In this document: positions 35,421 to 48,195 of the stretch, one piece after another
Position numbering within the stretch: position 1 is the first letter of the stretch
Layout of the letters: the number at the start of each line of letters is the position of its first letter
NCBI RefSeq assembly: GCF_963921235.1
Contig: NC_086107.1
Location: 99,510,001 to 99,574,000, forward strand
Direction: 5' to 3'
DNA: 64,000 nucleotides
Origin: Mobula hypostoma
Lineage: Eukaryota
Translations under genes and position numbers: made by a program
Notes under the pieces: model-generated
Database searches by the model: none
Told to the model about the DNA's origin: nothing
The model's input: only the letters and a program-made list of their open reading frames with translations

Positions 35421-38389
35421 CCTGTCAGTAGTTCACTATGGATTTTATGATTCATTTGGTACCACCATATTTCCCAGTTATTCCAGTTTCTAACTAACCA
35501 CTCCTATCAATCCTATCATTTTCATACAGACTTCATTCAGTATCTGTGATGTAGGGTGTGCTGTCTATTGATCAGTACTCATAGTTGCTTTTGGTGGTTA
35601 TAGAGTTTATAGATGCACAAGTAGATACATTATTTGTTAAGCACATTGGGGGGGAAGGTTTAAGAACTTTTGGAACTATTTCATGGATGGAATTGACCTT
35701 GAAGGCTCACATAATGCTTAAGATTCATTTGTTTAGAAAGTATATTTCTCTCAATTGTATCTGTGTAATCATTCCTAGGTGATTTATTCTATCAAGTTCA
35801 ATACTACAGTCTTATACCATACACATGGAGGCTGTCCTGTGTGATTCTATGCTTTCTGCAGCATTGTATGCCATACTTGTTGTTTGATCAAACATAAGTG
35901 TGTATCTCATCATCAGTACATTTTTTAATCAAATCATCCTGCTAGTAAGGATTAGGATCAACTTTGATATCCCTTTGATTTTTTTTCTGTATTTCTTTTG
36001 TCTTTTTAAATCTTTGTTTAAACAGTGAGTGCTGAAGACATCTGGGGGAAATGGCTTGGAGAAGCGTTACCAACGGTATGAGGGAACTAATTTAACACAC
36101 ACACAGCTGAAGTGGTGAGAGTCCCTCTTTTCAAGTCACCATAAATCCATCAGTTTGTCACTACTGAAGATTATGTTACATGGGAAATACTAGGTTAAAA
36201 TGTATTCACCTAAGTATCAGTACACTACCAGAAAAGTTGGTTCTTTACTAGGCAAGTTTATGAGGGGACATGAAGATGCTCTGAAGGTGCATAGCATTGC
36301 ATAAAAATAAAGTTTTTTTTTCAAAACTTCATCGATTGACTTAGATTACAAGAATCAAATCATAAAATGCTGGAAAAATATGCCAGATTGTTTTAGTGAA
36401 CTGGGAAACAATCTTTTATGTGGGTGAGTTTTGGAGCTGGAAATGTTAGTAAATAATAGGAAGGGAATAGAGGAACAAGGTAGGCTGTGATGAGATGAGA
36501 GGCTGAAGAGATTTTGACAATAGGGAAAATGTATAAGATAAAGTTCGAACTAAAATTATTAAAATCAAAATAATGTATGTCACCATATACGACCCTGAGA
36601 TTCATTTTCTTGCATTTACAGTAGAACAAAGTTTTTCAATGATTCTATTGTATTTCTAAGTGCAAAGTCTGACAACCAACTAATATGCGAAAGATACAAA
36701 ACAAAAATAATAAGAAGAAGAAATTAATACTGAGAACATGAGCTGTAGAGTACTTGAAAGTGACTTCATAGTTTGTGAAATCAGTTCAGTGTTGAGTGAA
36801 ATTATCCATTCTGGTTCAGGAGCCTGATGTTTGAAGGGTAATGGCTGTTCCTGAACCTGGTGGTGTGGGACCTAAGGCTCTTAAACCTCATTTCCAGTGG
36901 CAGCAGCCAGAAGAGAGCAAGGTCTTGATGGTTCTTGATGATGGATGAAGGAGTTCACAAAGAAACAAAAGATGGGTCTATATACAGTGCAAAGTGATTT
37001 GGTGGATTTTTAAACTAGCTGCGTTATATGTTGTGTTTTGTTGAAAGGTGTAATGCTGTTTCTTGAACCTGTATTGCATTTTATTAGAAAAGATAGATCG
37101 TCAAGGTTACAGTGGTAAGAATTAAGTTGCCACTGAACCAAAACTTGCAGAATGAACTGGTATGTTCAAATACAGCCATCCAATAATCAGTGCTTGGTTT
37201 TTCACCATTGTAGAGGAGACTGATTTGTAAGCAGCAGTTGTATAATATGAAATTGAATGATGCACAAGTTAATTATGGTTTTATCTGGGAAATGTATTTA
37301 GGGTGCTCAACTATTGGAAAATGAGGTATGAGACCAGGTATTCTATTTTTTTTGGAATTGTATAGGAAATGTTTGTGAGAGATGGTGGGAGGTATTTATG
37401 AAAATTGAGTATTTGTGTTGTAAATACCATGAATTGGGCAATGAGGTTAATTTGAGTATCAGGATATAGGCAGCAAGGTTGATTTGTCCTTTAAATAATA
37501 GGTGCTCCTATTTAAGTAACTTCATAATTGAAGGGGATTTCCATAATCAGCTAATAATGGATATAATCCAAAAAAATCATCCAAATCTTGTAATCCAAGT
37601 TCGTCTGAATGAAGTTATCAGTACTAATTTTTTTTAAAAGTATTTTTACTCTAAATCTTTTCAACCAGCAATGCTGAAAATTGATCGACAAAGCATGACC
37701 ACGCAACTTTGTAGAGCTTGCCACTAGAATCCAAAGTCTTATTTTTTTTCTGTAATTTGAAACTTTAGGTTTATTTGATTAAAATGTTCAAGTTATCTTT
37801 AATGAATGAAAAACATTTCACAAAATACGTTTACTGACCAGCAGGATAACATTCAAGTCATTTAGGACAAAAGATTTAAAGTAACTTTGGCCTGGCCTTT
37901 CTTGGAGTTAAATCTAAATAATGGCACGTTAAATTGTTCTGAGTTAACAGGTAATTGCATGTGAGTGTCTTAATATTGGATTGACTCTTAGTATAAGATG
38001 ATGCAGTATATTAGAGGGTCAGATCTGCAGTCTTTTATACAATATTGGTCATGTATTCACACGTGAAATTTCACTGGAGTATTTAGTTTGGTTGCTTCTC
38101 AACTTGAATTAAACTGTAGCAATCAAGAGGGAGATTAGGGTGCTGTTCCATTGCAAGTGCTGTATTTGTAAAGGCAGTTTTGTATCTGTTTTAATTTTTA
38201 ATTTCCTCTACATTAGAACTTGATTCAAGTAGGAAGGTGCAGTTATATTTGTACGGCACAAAATTTTGCATTTTAACCCAAAGATATGTCAAATATATTT
38301 TAACAGTGAGAATTACAGAACCTTCACGATAATGAGGTTCTGCTCAGAGTGAACAAGTATACATATGAGCAAAATATTTTTCTTAATAT

Positions 38390-38930
38390 TTAAGACCTAA
38401 GGCATGGGAGCAGAATTAGACCATTCAGCTCATCAAGTCTGCTACACTATTCCATCACGCCTGGTTTATTATCCGCTCAACCCCAATTTCTACCTTCTCC
38501 CTGTAACCTTTGAAGCCCTGGCAAATCACAAACCTATCAGCTTCTGCTTTGGATATACCCAATGACTTGCCTCCACACCTGATTGGGGCAGTGAATTCCA
38601 CAGACTCACTACCCTTTGGCTAAAGAAATTCCTCCTCAATTTGTTCTAAATGGACATTACTCTATTCCAGGGGTTCCCAACCTTTTTTAGGCCATGGACC
38701 CTTGCCATTCACCAAGGAGTCCGTGGACTCACCCACCGCAAGAAACATCCTCTCTACAGCCACTTTCAGTATTCGATAGGTTTCAATAAGATGCCCTGTC
38801 ATTCTTCCAAATTCCAGCTAGGACAGTCCAGAGCCATCAAACACTCCTCGTGTGTGAACCCTTTCATTCCTAGAATCATTCTCGTGAACGTCCTCTGGAC
38901 CCTCTCCAATGCCAGCACATCTTTTAGGAT
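38390..38930 (-). mobile_element. Degenerate CR1 LINE 3' fragment with a small hAT-like piece
   Basis: CR1 tail motifs; CAGGGGTTCCCAACC at ~38668. Confidence 0.6.
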
Positions 38931-40333
38931 TAGTTTACTTAATATTTATAGTTGCTTTAGGCAATTTATCAAGAAAATACAAGGAGTTATTGGAAGTCAG
39001 TTACTGTGCTTAAGGGACATTGAAAGGAGAAAGGAAAGATGTATGAATCAGCCAAAATGCTGCCTCTCTTCATTCTTGTGTTCACAGTAAAACACAAGAA
39101 AATATGAGCAGCAGCATACCATTTGGCTCTTTGAACCCATCCACAGTTTAATATGATCATGGCTGATGTGTGATGATCTCAAATTGTAATTCTTTTTCTC
39201 TGCATGGTTGCTGCCTGAGCTGTTTCTGTTTCAGGTTTCTAGCATCTTCTATATTTTTGATGAGTAAATGGTTAGATTTTTTTTCCCAAAGATCTTTTCC
39301 CAAAGTTAGTTTACTTGAAGTAAATAGGATAGAAAGGCTAAAGGTGATGCCAGTTGTATCATATTTTTACTAACCTCTAAGTATCTTCTTTGAGAACAAT
39401 CATTCTGTGTAGGGGAGATAATATCTATGATCCCTGTGGTTGGTACAGAATTATAGAGATCCATTAACACAATAGGTCAAATAAAATTCAGATTAGCTTA
39501 TCTTGTGCTTACTCCCTGCATTTGTTTCTCCAGCCATTTTTGGAGTGTAGTATTTAGGATGAGCATCACTTAACCTTCAGAGGACATATCTGGCCCCTGA
39601 CTGTCCAGATGGTGCCTTTGGACAACCCAATGGTGTTAAAAACCTTTGTAGATTTTTAAAATATCTCCAGTTGGAGGCATTTTAAATTTATTTGAAAAGT
39701 TGAGGAGCCAAATGAAATGTAGGACATTTGTGTTCCAGCTTTAAGATTCTGTAATGAATCCAGCAAATGAGTGGAAGGTCAGATGCACATGATTTCTGTT
39801 ATAATGCACAGGTGAGAAGTCAGCAATGCTTTGTATGTACTGCCTGCTGACCAGCTAAAAATTGATATACCTTGATTCAATTTGGACTATTTTGTTGGGG
39901 GTTGGGAGGATGAGCACTTCTGGCATCGGAAATAACTTGTGGATTCGAACTTGTCGTTGATAAACATGTTTGCATGAGACCTTGAGAAGGCAGACTGTAC
40001 AGAGTTGCTCATCAGTTTGCTGGAATTTTTTTTACAATAGCTTGTTTTTCTAAGAAGATAATGTTATAGGGTAAGTATAAATTGTGGCATTGTCATCCTA
40101 TTTGAATGGGCCCGACTTAATCCTAAATTAAATGCTTCTTCAAATATGTCCATAGATTTGTTGAATCGAGTAGATGCACTTCCATTTCCTCCCCTGACGC
40201 CCTATTCTTTGCCCTGCTTCAATTAAACCTTAGCCTCTCTTGGATCTCTGGCAATTGTTATTTTGCATTTGTAGAAGAGGAAACAATGTAGAAAATAAGA
40301 GCATCTAAAGCTGCCAATGTTCATGTGATATCT

Positions 40334-40533
40334 CAAACAAGAGAAAATCTGAAGATGCTGGAAAGCCAGGCAACACGCACAAATTGCTGGAGGAACTCCA
40401 CAGGCCAGGAGGTATCTATGGAAAAGAGTACAGTCGACTCAGTCCTGATGAAGGGTCTCATCCCAAAACGTCAGCTGTACACTTTTCCATAGCTGCTGCC
40501 TAGACTGCTGAGTTCCTCCAACATTTTGTGTGT
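40334..40533. mobile_element. Older-subfamily two-arm Penelope pLTR insertion
   Basis: Same layout, decayed hammerhead (CTGATGA...AAAACGTC); TSD TTCATGTGATATCT at 40320-40333 and 40534-40547. Confidence 0.8.
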
Positions 40534-43187
40534 TTCATGTGATATCTAGCCAGTAATGCATTGATTTTTTAAAAAATTATTTGAATGGCATGTGCCAGTA
40601 TTAACTGCAGAGAATTGAAGCCACAAGCTTAAAACCCGTTTAGCTTAAACACATGTTTTTAAACAAAATGTCTGCGTTGTCTAGTCTGTTCATCTTGTTA
40701 AAGTGACGATATTGTAACTGCTGAGAGTGCATGCTCCTCGTTTCTGAAATGTGTACAGGTTTATTATTCAGTAGGTTGCTCATTTAGAAACAATGAAGCT
40801 TTAAGCTTTGAAAGCCTAGAACTACAAACTAAAACCTATTTATATCTGGGTTTGTTATATTTACAATGATAAAATTGTTTTGGACATAATTTGAGAAGAC
40901 ATGATTCTGCTGTCTGGATTTACTAAATGTGTGGGGTCTCTTAACCATCAATGTATTCAAAGAATGTTTTAGCTTGATTGCATTTGTGTATACGTCTCTC
41001 ATTTTCATACATATTCACTATACAGGTGGCCTTCACATCAGAGCTGTTTGGGTAATGGAATTTTTGCTTAAAAATAAGTTTTTCAAATTTAATTTTTTAA
41101 TTGCATACACAAAGGATGTGGCTTTGCAGAATGGAAAATCACAATTGGACCATACTCTAGAAATGCAACATCCACCTCCCACTGTATTTTGGGGGTCACC
41201 TGTATTGAAATTTAGATCTTGATTCATTTTAGTTTCATTCTTTCTTGGGATGCCAAGACAGTTGAATGTTTTGTTTCTTGGTGTTGTCAGTTTTAAAAAT
41301 TAAGGTTCACCTAATCTTTTACTGAATTTTGCAATGTGATCTTATTAACGCAAAAATCAGCAAGTTAATTTTGAAAATCGATAAGTAAACATGTCAGTCA
41401 CTTAGAATTTTGTCAAATCTGCTTCACCAAGAGAACTTCTATCTTTGAATCCTGGGCCAATGCCATTTTTTTAAAATCTTGCTGAGTAATAGGAATAATG
41501 TACTTGTTCTTTATTGACCTTATTTTACCTTTATTTTCCTTACCACACACAGCAAGCCAATGCACTGCCTCTGTGATATATCCACTTTTTTCAATGTCCT
41601 TCTTCAACAAATTCAACTTAGTATATACAGTAGTGTTTTTTTTTCCTCTTTTATCTTTAAATCATCTTTTCCTGAACCTTTCATTCATGAAGTGTCTTAC
41701 ATTGGCTTCTCAGTCCACTCCAGTATTGTAACCTTGAAACGTAATAATCATAATGACATAAACTTGTCCCTGTACTGCAGCAAATTAAATCATTTTCTTG
41801 TATAAAAAGTCCACTGCATTTTATTTTGCTGTTGTTATGTAATAGCTTGCATCATCCACAAGTGTATTCCACTTTACACCAGTTTTTGGATTCTAGGAGT
41901 TCCTTTGACAAATTACAGTAGTCTTTGTGAGTAGTTATTTCTTTTCCATGGCAACTAGTTCTTAATTCTTTAGAGGTTAGAATTTTAGAGCTGTTTGTTT
42001 CTATGGAGTTCAGTAAGTTCTTGGGATGTAGTGTTTTAATTGTGTTATACTGCAAGTGAAATTATTTTTGGTGCAGGCTCAAAATGAATAGATTAAAGTA
42101 AAATCGGAAAATTCCAGTTTTGTGGTCTTTTCCTTCCGAGTAAAAGCACTCTAAACTTTCTTACTGGTTGAATGTTGTGGACTATTGCCCACAACATTAA
42201 CTACACTTCTGAAATCAATGTAACACATTTTGGGATGTCTCAGTGGTGTTCTGTAAACTCACTTTGGCTCATGTTTATGTGGCTCAATTATTTTGAAAAG
42301 ATTAAACCAAAAATTTCAATCCCCATTTCATTGACACTGGTGACATTAACACCTGAAGTGATTTTTTTGTTTTTAAATGCATTCAGTCATTTGACCACAG
42401 ATGTAGATTAAGTGATTGACTTCAACATCCATATCAATTAAATTTGTATTACAATTTGAATCAAGTGTTTGTTGGCATTTGTTCTCTAAGTGGGAAGGTG
42501 CTTTTGAAATAAAGACAAATTACCTTTTTGCCCTATTTTATGCATTGCTGAGGCTAGACTTTTAAGAACAGAAGAATGTCTCAGGAATAGAACATCTGGC
42601 ACTTCCACCCTGCTCTATAGTTCATCAAAAATCATGGCTGATCATCTCCCTCAACTCCATTTTCTTCCAGTATCCCATTATTCTTTATTCCCGTATTATC
42701 CAGAAATCTAGCCATCTGTTTGAATGAACTTAATGATTTAAGCCACCACAGACATGTAGGACAGTCAGCTCCATAGATTCACCTCACTCTGACTGAAGAA
42801 AAATTCTCCTCTTAGTCCTTAATAGGGTACTCCTTATTCTGTGACAGACCCTCGACCCTCGAGTTTTAACCAGGAAAAATATCTAGCCTATCAAGCACTG
42901 TAGAATATGTTGTAAGAGTGATTTAATAATCATGTAATCAAAAATATCTGTATAGCTTTTATGAAGTTGAAAATAGCATTTTGATTTGAAAATTTTTAAG
43001 GAAATAATCATGCAGTTGGGGGAGGGGTGGAAAATTTTGCACGATTGATCAAGGGCCACATTAATAAAGGACTGCAGTTTGTTGTGTAGAATTACTGCCC
43101 CAAGTTAAAAATAAATTAAGAGTTTAGTTACAACAAATTCTTTCGAAAGTACTTGAAAACCAGCTATGGCATGATGCTTTAAGGCAT

Positions 43188-43394
43188 CACACATAAAAGT
43201 TGCTGGTGAACGCAGCAGGCCAGGCAGCATCTCTAGGAAGAGGTGCAATCGACGTTTCAGGCCGAGACGACGAAGGATCTCGGCCTGAAACGTCGACTGC
43301 ACCTCTTCCTAGAGATGCTGCCTGGCCTGCTGCGTTCACCAGCAACTTTTATGTGTGTTGCTTGAATTTCCAGCATCTGCAGAATTCCTGTTGT
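43188..43394. mobile_element. Palindromic two-arm Penelope pLTR insertion in LUC7L2 intron 1
   Basis: ~80 bp inverted arms; TSD ATGCTTTAAGGCAT at 43174-43187 and 43395-43408. Confidence 0.9.
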
Positions 43395-46300
43395 ATGCTT
43401 TAAGGCATGTTTAGCTGTAAATCTTATCTGGTCTGTGGTTAGCTGTTGATGCAAATGCTGGAAGAACTTGATTGAAGTATTTAGTTTACATCTTTTGTTG
43501 TTTACAAATTTCACAAAGACTTTTCAAAATAGGATGACCACTCAACTATGTTTTTTTTCAGTAACAAAGACTTAAATGTTTAAAAGCATTATTCCTGATA
43601 AACTGTTGTTCTTAAAATAAGTCTCTGTAATTATTGGAAATAAATCAGGTTGTATGCTTTGCTTTTATTTGAGAAGTGACAGTTTGTTTTCAGTCAAAAA
43701 AAACCTTGGTTTAGTGGTATTGTTTCAGTATTGACGTTTTCATGTAGTTGCTATTAATTTTTGTCTTACTGTAACTATACTCTTCTTAAGCCCATCACTC
43801 CTGCTGGGGCGTAGGCTGCTGACAGCAGCTCACCGGAGTTTTTGAGGTCTTTGGAGCTTTTGCTGGCATTTCTATAGTACTGGCTTTTTATGGGATGGGG
43901 CTCCTAGCCCCATGCCCAACCCTCTTCCTTTCGCAGCCAGGCCTGGGATTGTCCATGGAGGAATTAATTGTACTCTTGCCAGGGTGTTGTAGTAACGGGG
44001 CTATGAAATCATAGGTAAAATTTAATACTTAGGAGTAGTTATGAACACATGTGAGATACCTCATTACAGATTTAACATTATGGAATGTCCAGGTGACAGA
44101 CCTTTATACCATTTATCCAAGCACAATTCTAGGAGGCTAAATGCTCATTAAATGAATGCTGCAGCCTTCTATCCTACAGAGGAGTGAAACATGCTTGTTG
44201 GATTGATTAGCGTAATTTAGTTACTGTTTCACTTGTGGTCAACGATGATAAATTTCCATGTACTCAGATCCATTTTACAACTAACCTTCAAACAGTTTTG
44301 CCCAGTTTGCAAGGAGGGGGAAAATTAAATTGTGTATTTTCTCGTGGCTGTCAAGCAGAGTTCAAGTTCAAGTTCTATTGCCATTTCAACAGTATGCATG
44401 TATACTGCCAAATGAAATAACATTCCTCTTGACCAAGGTGCACAGCACAGTATGTATAACTCTCACATAAAATAATGTTACCACAAATAATTTAACAATT
44501 AATAAAGTGCATTTGCATTGCAAGTTAAAAAGTAAACAGCATAATGCTGCTGACGCCGCATATGTGGTGAGAGCTGGGTGGTGGCATGCAGTTCAGTTGT
44601 TCCACAACCTGGGGAAAGAAGCTATTCTGCATCCTAACAGTTCTTGTCCTCATATTATGGTACCTCCTGCCTGATGGTGGGGGGTCAAAGGGATTGTTGG
44701 ATGTATGGGAGGGATCACTGACAATGCTAAGGCCCCTGCATACACAGTGCTCTTGGTAAGTACTGTATCTCAGATGAATGAAATAGAGACCCCGATGATC
44801 TCTGCAGTTGTCACAATCCTTTGTAGAATCTTGTAGTCAGATGCCTTACAGAGGAATGTTAACAGGAGCAAAATAACCTGTTTTAAATCATTTGTAAAAT
44901 TAGCACTTGTTTCTGTTTGTGTTTTGCTTGATTGCTAGGTAATTGTGCAACATTTTCTGTAGTTTTCCTAATCTGTGAGTCCACTTTGTTGGGTGGGGGC
45001 TGTTCTCATCTGGTGCCCTTGATTGTTAGTGGAGGAATTAGACTCTTGTGCTGTGGTGTGGTTATTTCATTGTGTTCTTTGTCATGATTTTTTTGGACAT
45101 TCAAAATATACATGGTAGGATTTTATTCAGATTACAAACAAACAATTCTGAATCTTGTTAGACTAGAGGTTTTGGGTTTTGGTAAAATTTGTTTAATCTC
45201 ATGATGCCCACAAAAATGTGTTTTAGCTTCCTAATTTTTGCTTAATTCCCAGTTGTTTAAAATTAACTCCTAAACAATGTTTTGTGATCACTATCACCTA
45301 TTTGAACATTTTAATCTGGTTAATGGAACTTTTATGCATCTTATTGATCTAGTCTCCAGTCTGCATGCATATATTTCAATTTATCATTAAATTGGAGCCA
45401 CTTTCTAGATAGGTTCAGTGCCCTGTTCCTGGGTTGTACTGTTCTAGGCTTTGTAGAATTCTATTAATCAATACTAACCAATAATGCAGCACTGATTCAG
45501 TTCTGCAGTGCATTGCTGGTGTTTCTCAACATTAGTACTGGTAAGTTTTTGGATTGTTGCATGAATGTAGAAGTACCAGATTTACTGGCTGAACTTGCTG
45601 TTGAATTCCCCACTGAACAGGAGCTTGATGAGGTTCTTCAGCATTGGAGAAGTTGCTCTTGGAACCCTGATCGGTATTTGTGAGCCAGTTCATTTGAATG
45701 GTGATTATAGGACTGCATTGAAGAAGGGAAAGACCCAAGGTGAATTACAGTTTTTAGATAAAACTTCGGCTTTGGCAGAATGGCAAAGCTGAGGTGGGGT
45801 TTGCAAGCTGACAGAAAAACTTCCAAAGGAATAGTGTGAGACTTTTCTGGCTTCCCATCATGCCATTGCAATGTTTGGCGGGGTCATCTTAATCAGCGAG
45901 ATAGACTTTTCAGATCCAGCCATGGGAAAATGAGTTGAAGGAAGTCAATGAATGTGAGCAGAAGCCTTCACTCCAGAAAATCTGGGCCAAAGTGCTACAC
46001 TATTGTAATTAGATATTTATGCAATGTGCATTTGGCTGAACTAGTAACTCACTTATTTGGCAGTCAGACAATAGTTAGTTTATTACAAAACTTATCAAAT
46101 ATGACCTACTTATTCAATAGTGCCCATTCTTTATAATTTGATCTAAAATATTGTAATAAAGCTGCTGGTCAATAATTCGTGTTTCTGATGGCTTTTAATG
46201 TATTTCAGTTAATTTTTTTTGAGATCCAGTGCATTCCCATTGGGCTTTTTTAGGTGAAGGTGGGGCAGTATTTGTTTAGAAATAATTAAATAGTTCAAAT

Positions 46301-46581
46301 AACAGGGTTTGGGAGAGGCATGTGGGGGAATAGTTTAAGTTTGGGGAAATTCAATTGTTTTCATGAGACATTCTAAACTGGCATATGTCTGATTACTTGG
46401 ATCAGAAGGAAAGGACTTTTATATTTAAAGCCTTTGGGTTGCATATAACTACAAAAGTTTTTTTTTCTCCCTTCCTTGGAATGTAATACTGCAGTTAGAT
46501 ACATTGTTGAATTTGCTGGGCGTTACTCTTTTTTTTACCTATACAAACTGAACAATTTGGCCCCTTGTTTTATTTATAAAG

Positions 46582-46652
46582 GTTCAGTGTATCTTTGCCT
46601 GCCTACTTCAGTCTGCAAGGGAGTTACAGAAACACCCCACGTTCATCGAGCC
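46582..46652 (+). other. LUC7L2: LUC7L2 intron-1 cassette (poison) exon A, 71 nt, frameshifting
   Basis: Pyrimidine tract + ataaag| acceptor and GCC|gtgagt donor; inclusion gives TGA at 52951-52953 in exon 2; one frame reads LPAYFSLQGSYRNTPRSSSR, ungapped-similar to a human LUC7L2 alternative N-terminus recalled as MPAYLNLQGSVRKAPHSPSR. Confidence 0.8.
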
Positions 46653-48135
46653 GTGAGTCATGACTAATTTTTCCAGCTGTGTTAATAAATGTGGACAAGG
46701 AAACGGTCAATTTTAATAGCTACAATATTCAAAGATACGGTGTACACAACAGTGAAAAATGAGTAGTCTGCAAAGCAGTAGCAACTGGCCAGACCAATTT
46801 GATATGTAGGTTTACCTTTTAGGGGAAAATTAGTAAAAGGAACACTATTACTAATTTACAAGCAGCAATTTGAGACCACTAGATTTAAACTGGGACCAGT
46901 AATTACTGGACACATGGTGTGATTTTAGTTTACTCATCACAATATGAGTATTCTGGAGCAGTTCAAGATTTGTCACATGTTTTATTGTTTTAACATAGAT
47001 TTGCTATTTTAAAACCTCTAAGTTATGAGAATTGGTTTTACCTCTCATGATGTTTTTCACCTGGGTAGAGGAGGAGCCAAATTGACCTGGTACTGTGCAT
47101 ACAAACACACTGCAATAAACATTTGCATGTTAGCTTTTGAAAAAAAGTTATAATTTCTGCTCCGGGTCAAAGTCTGCAAATAACCAAATTGCACTTGATA
47201 GTTGATGTCTAAGGTGTCAGGTGGTTCTGGCAAAAGCCGGAATTTACAGGTTGAATCGCCACCTGTGTTCAGACTTCATTAATGAAAATGTACTCTTAAA
47301 ACCTGATATTATCCATTTAAGTAATCTTACCAAATCATGTCCATTCTCCATCATATGTACAACAATGCAGTGTACTTATTTTAGCTCATGAGAACCCCAA
47401 GGCTCTTCTCCCTTAGTGCAGCTATTCAGGACAAAATGATCTGCAGACTTGTCATCACTGCTGATTTTGCTTGTCCTTTCTACTACTTTCTTATTTACAG
47501 AGGGAAGAGAAAATATTTCCTGCTTAATCCTATTTTCACTTTAAGCATCTAAATATCTTTTCCGTGAATATGTGAGGTACATATATACAACAGACCGTGT
47601 TCTAATTTACTCCTGGAATATTTTTAGAAATTGCAAGTGGACAAAGCCACCATCATTAATTAAAATGCAAGTAAAAGTTTGATTCCCATTATAGAATCAA
47701 AACTTGGAGTAGTCCTCCCATAAAATTTGGTATTCTTTCTCATTCCCCGAGTGTAGCAGGCATTTGCTCTTCAGTTCTGAGTTTTGTTTTTGTAGTAACT
47801 AATCAAATTGGATTTTCTATGGAATTGTTGTTCTGGTTCATTTTTTAAAATGTATATCGCGAATGTGTGTCATTTTAAAAAAGAGAACATTTTCACAATA
47901 ATTGTTTAACCAGAATGTGTAATGAAAAAGTTTAAATATTCCATGGTTGTTCATCAAGGTTTAAGCTTCAAGCCAGTGCTTTCTACTGCAAACTTCTTAG
48001 TTACTTCTGTCAGGAGAAAGTAAATATTGGATGGTACAGCTAATAATAACTCTATCCCTTATCAATATTTTCATGCTCTGGAGTTGAAAGCATTTGTAGC
48101 TTTTGTGAGGCGGCTTTCTCTCCTGCTAATACCAG

Positions 48136-48195
48136 GAGGAGTTAACCCTTTTGCGGACTCCATGTGAGGAATGCGAGCTCAGCAATCTCTGGAAC
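48136..48195 (+). other. LUC7L2: LUC7L2 intron-1 candidate cassette exon B, 60 nt, in-frame stop followed by in-frame ATG
   Basis: ctttctctcctgctaataccag| acceptor, AAC|gtaagt donor; TGA at 48165-48167, ATG at 48171. Confidence 0.6.

Noticed and set aside
45845-45930. Possible pseudoknot (CTGG/CCAG crossing TTCCCAT/ATGGGAA)
   Set aside because: Helices are too short to distinguish from chance without covariation data.
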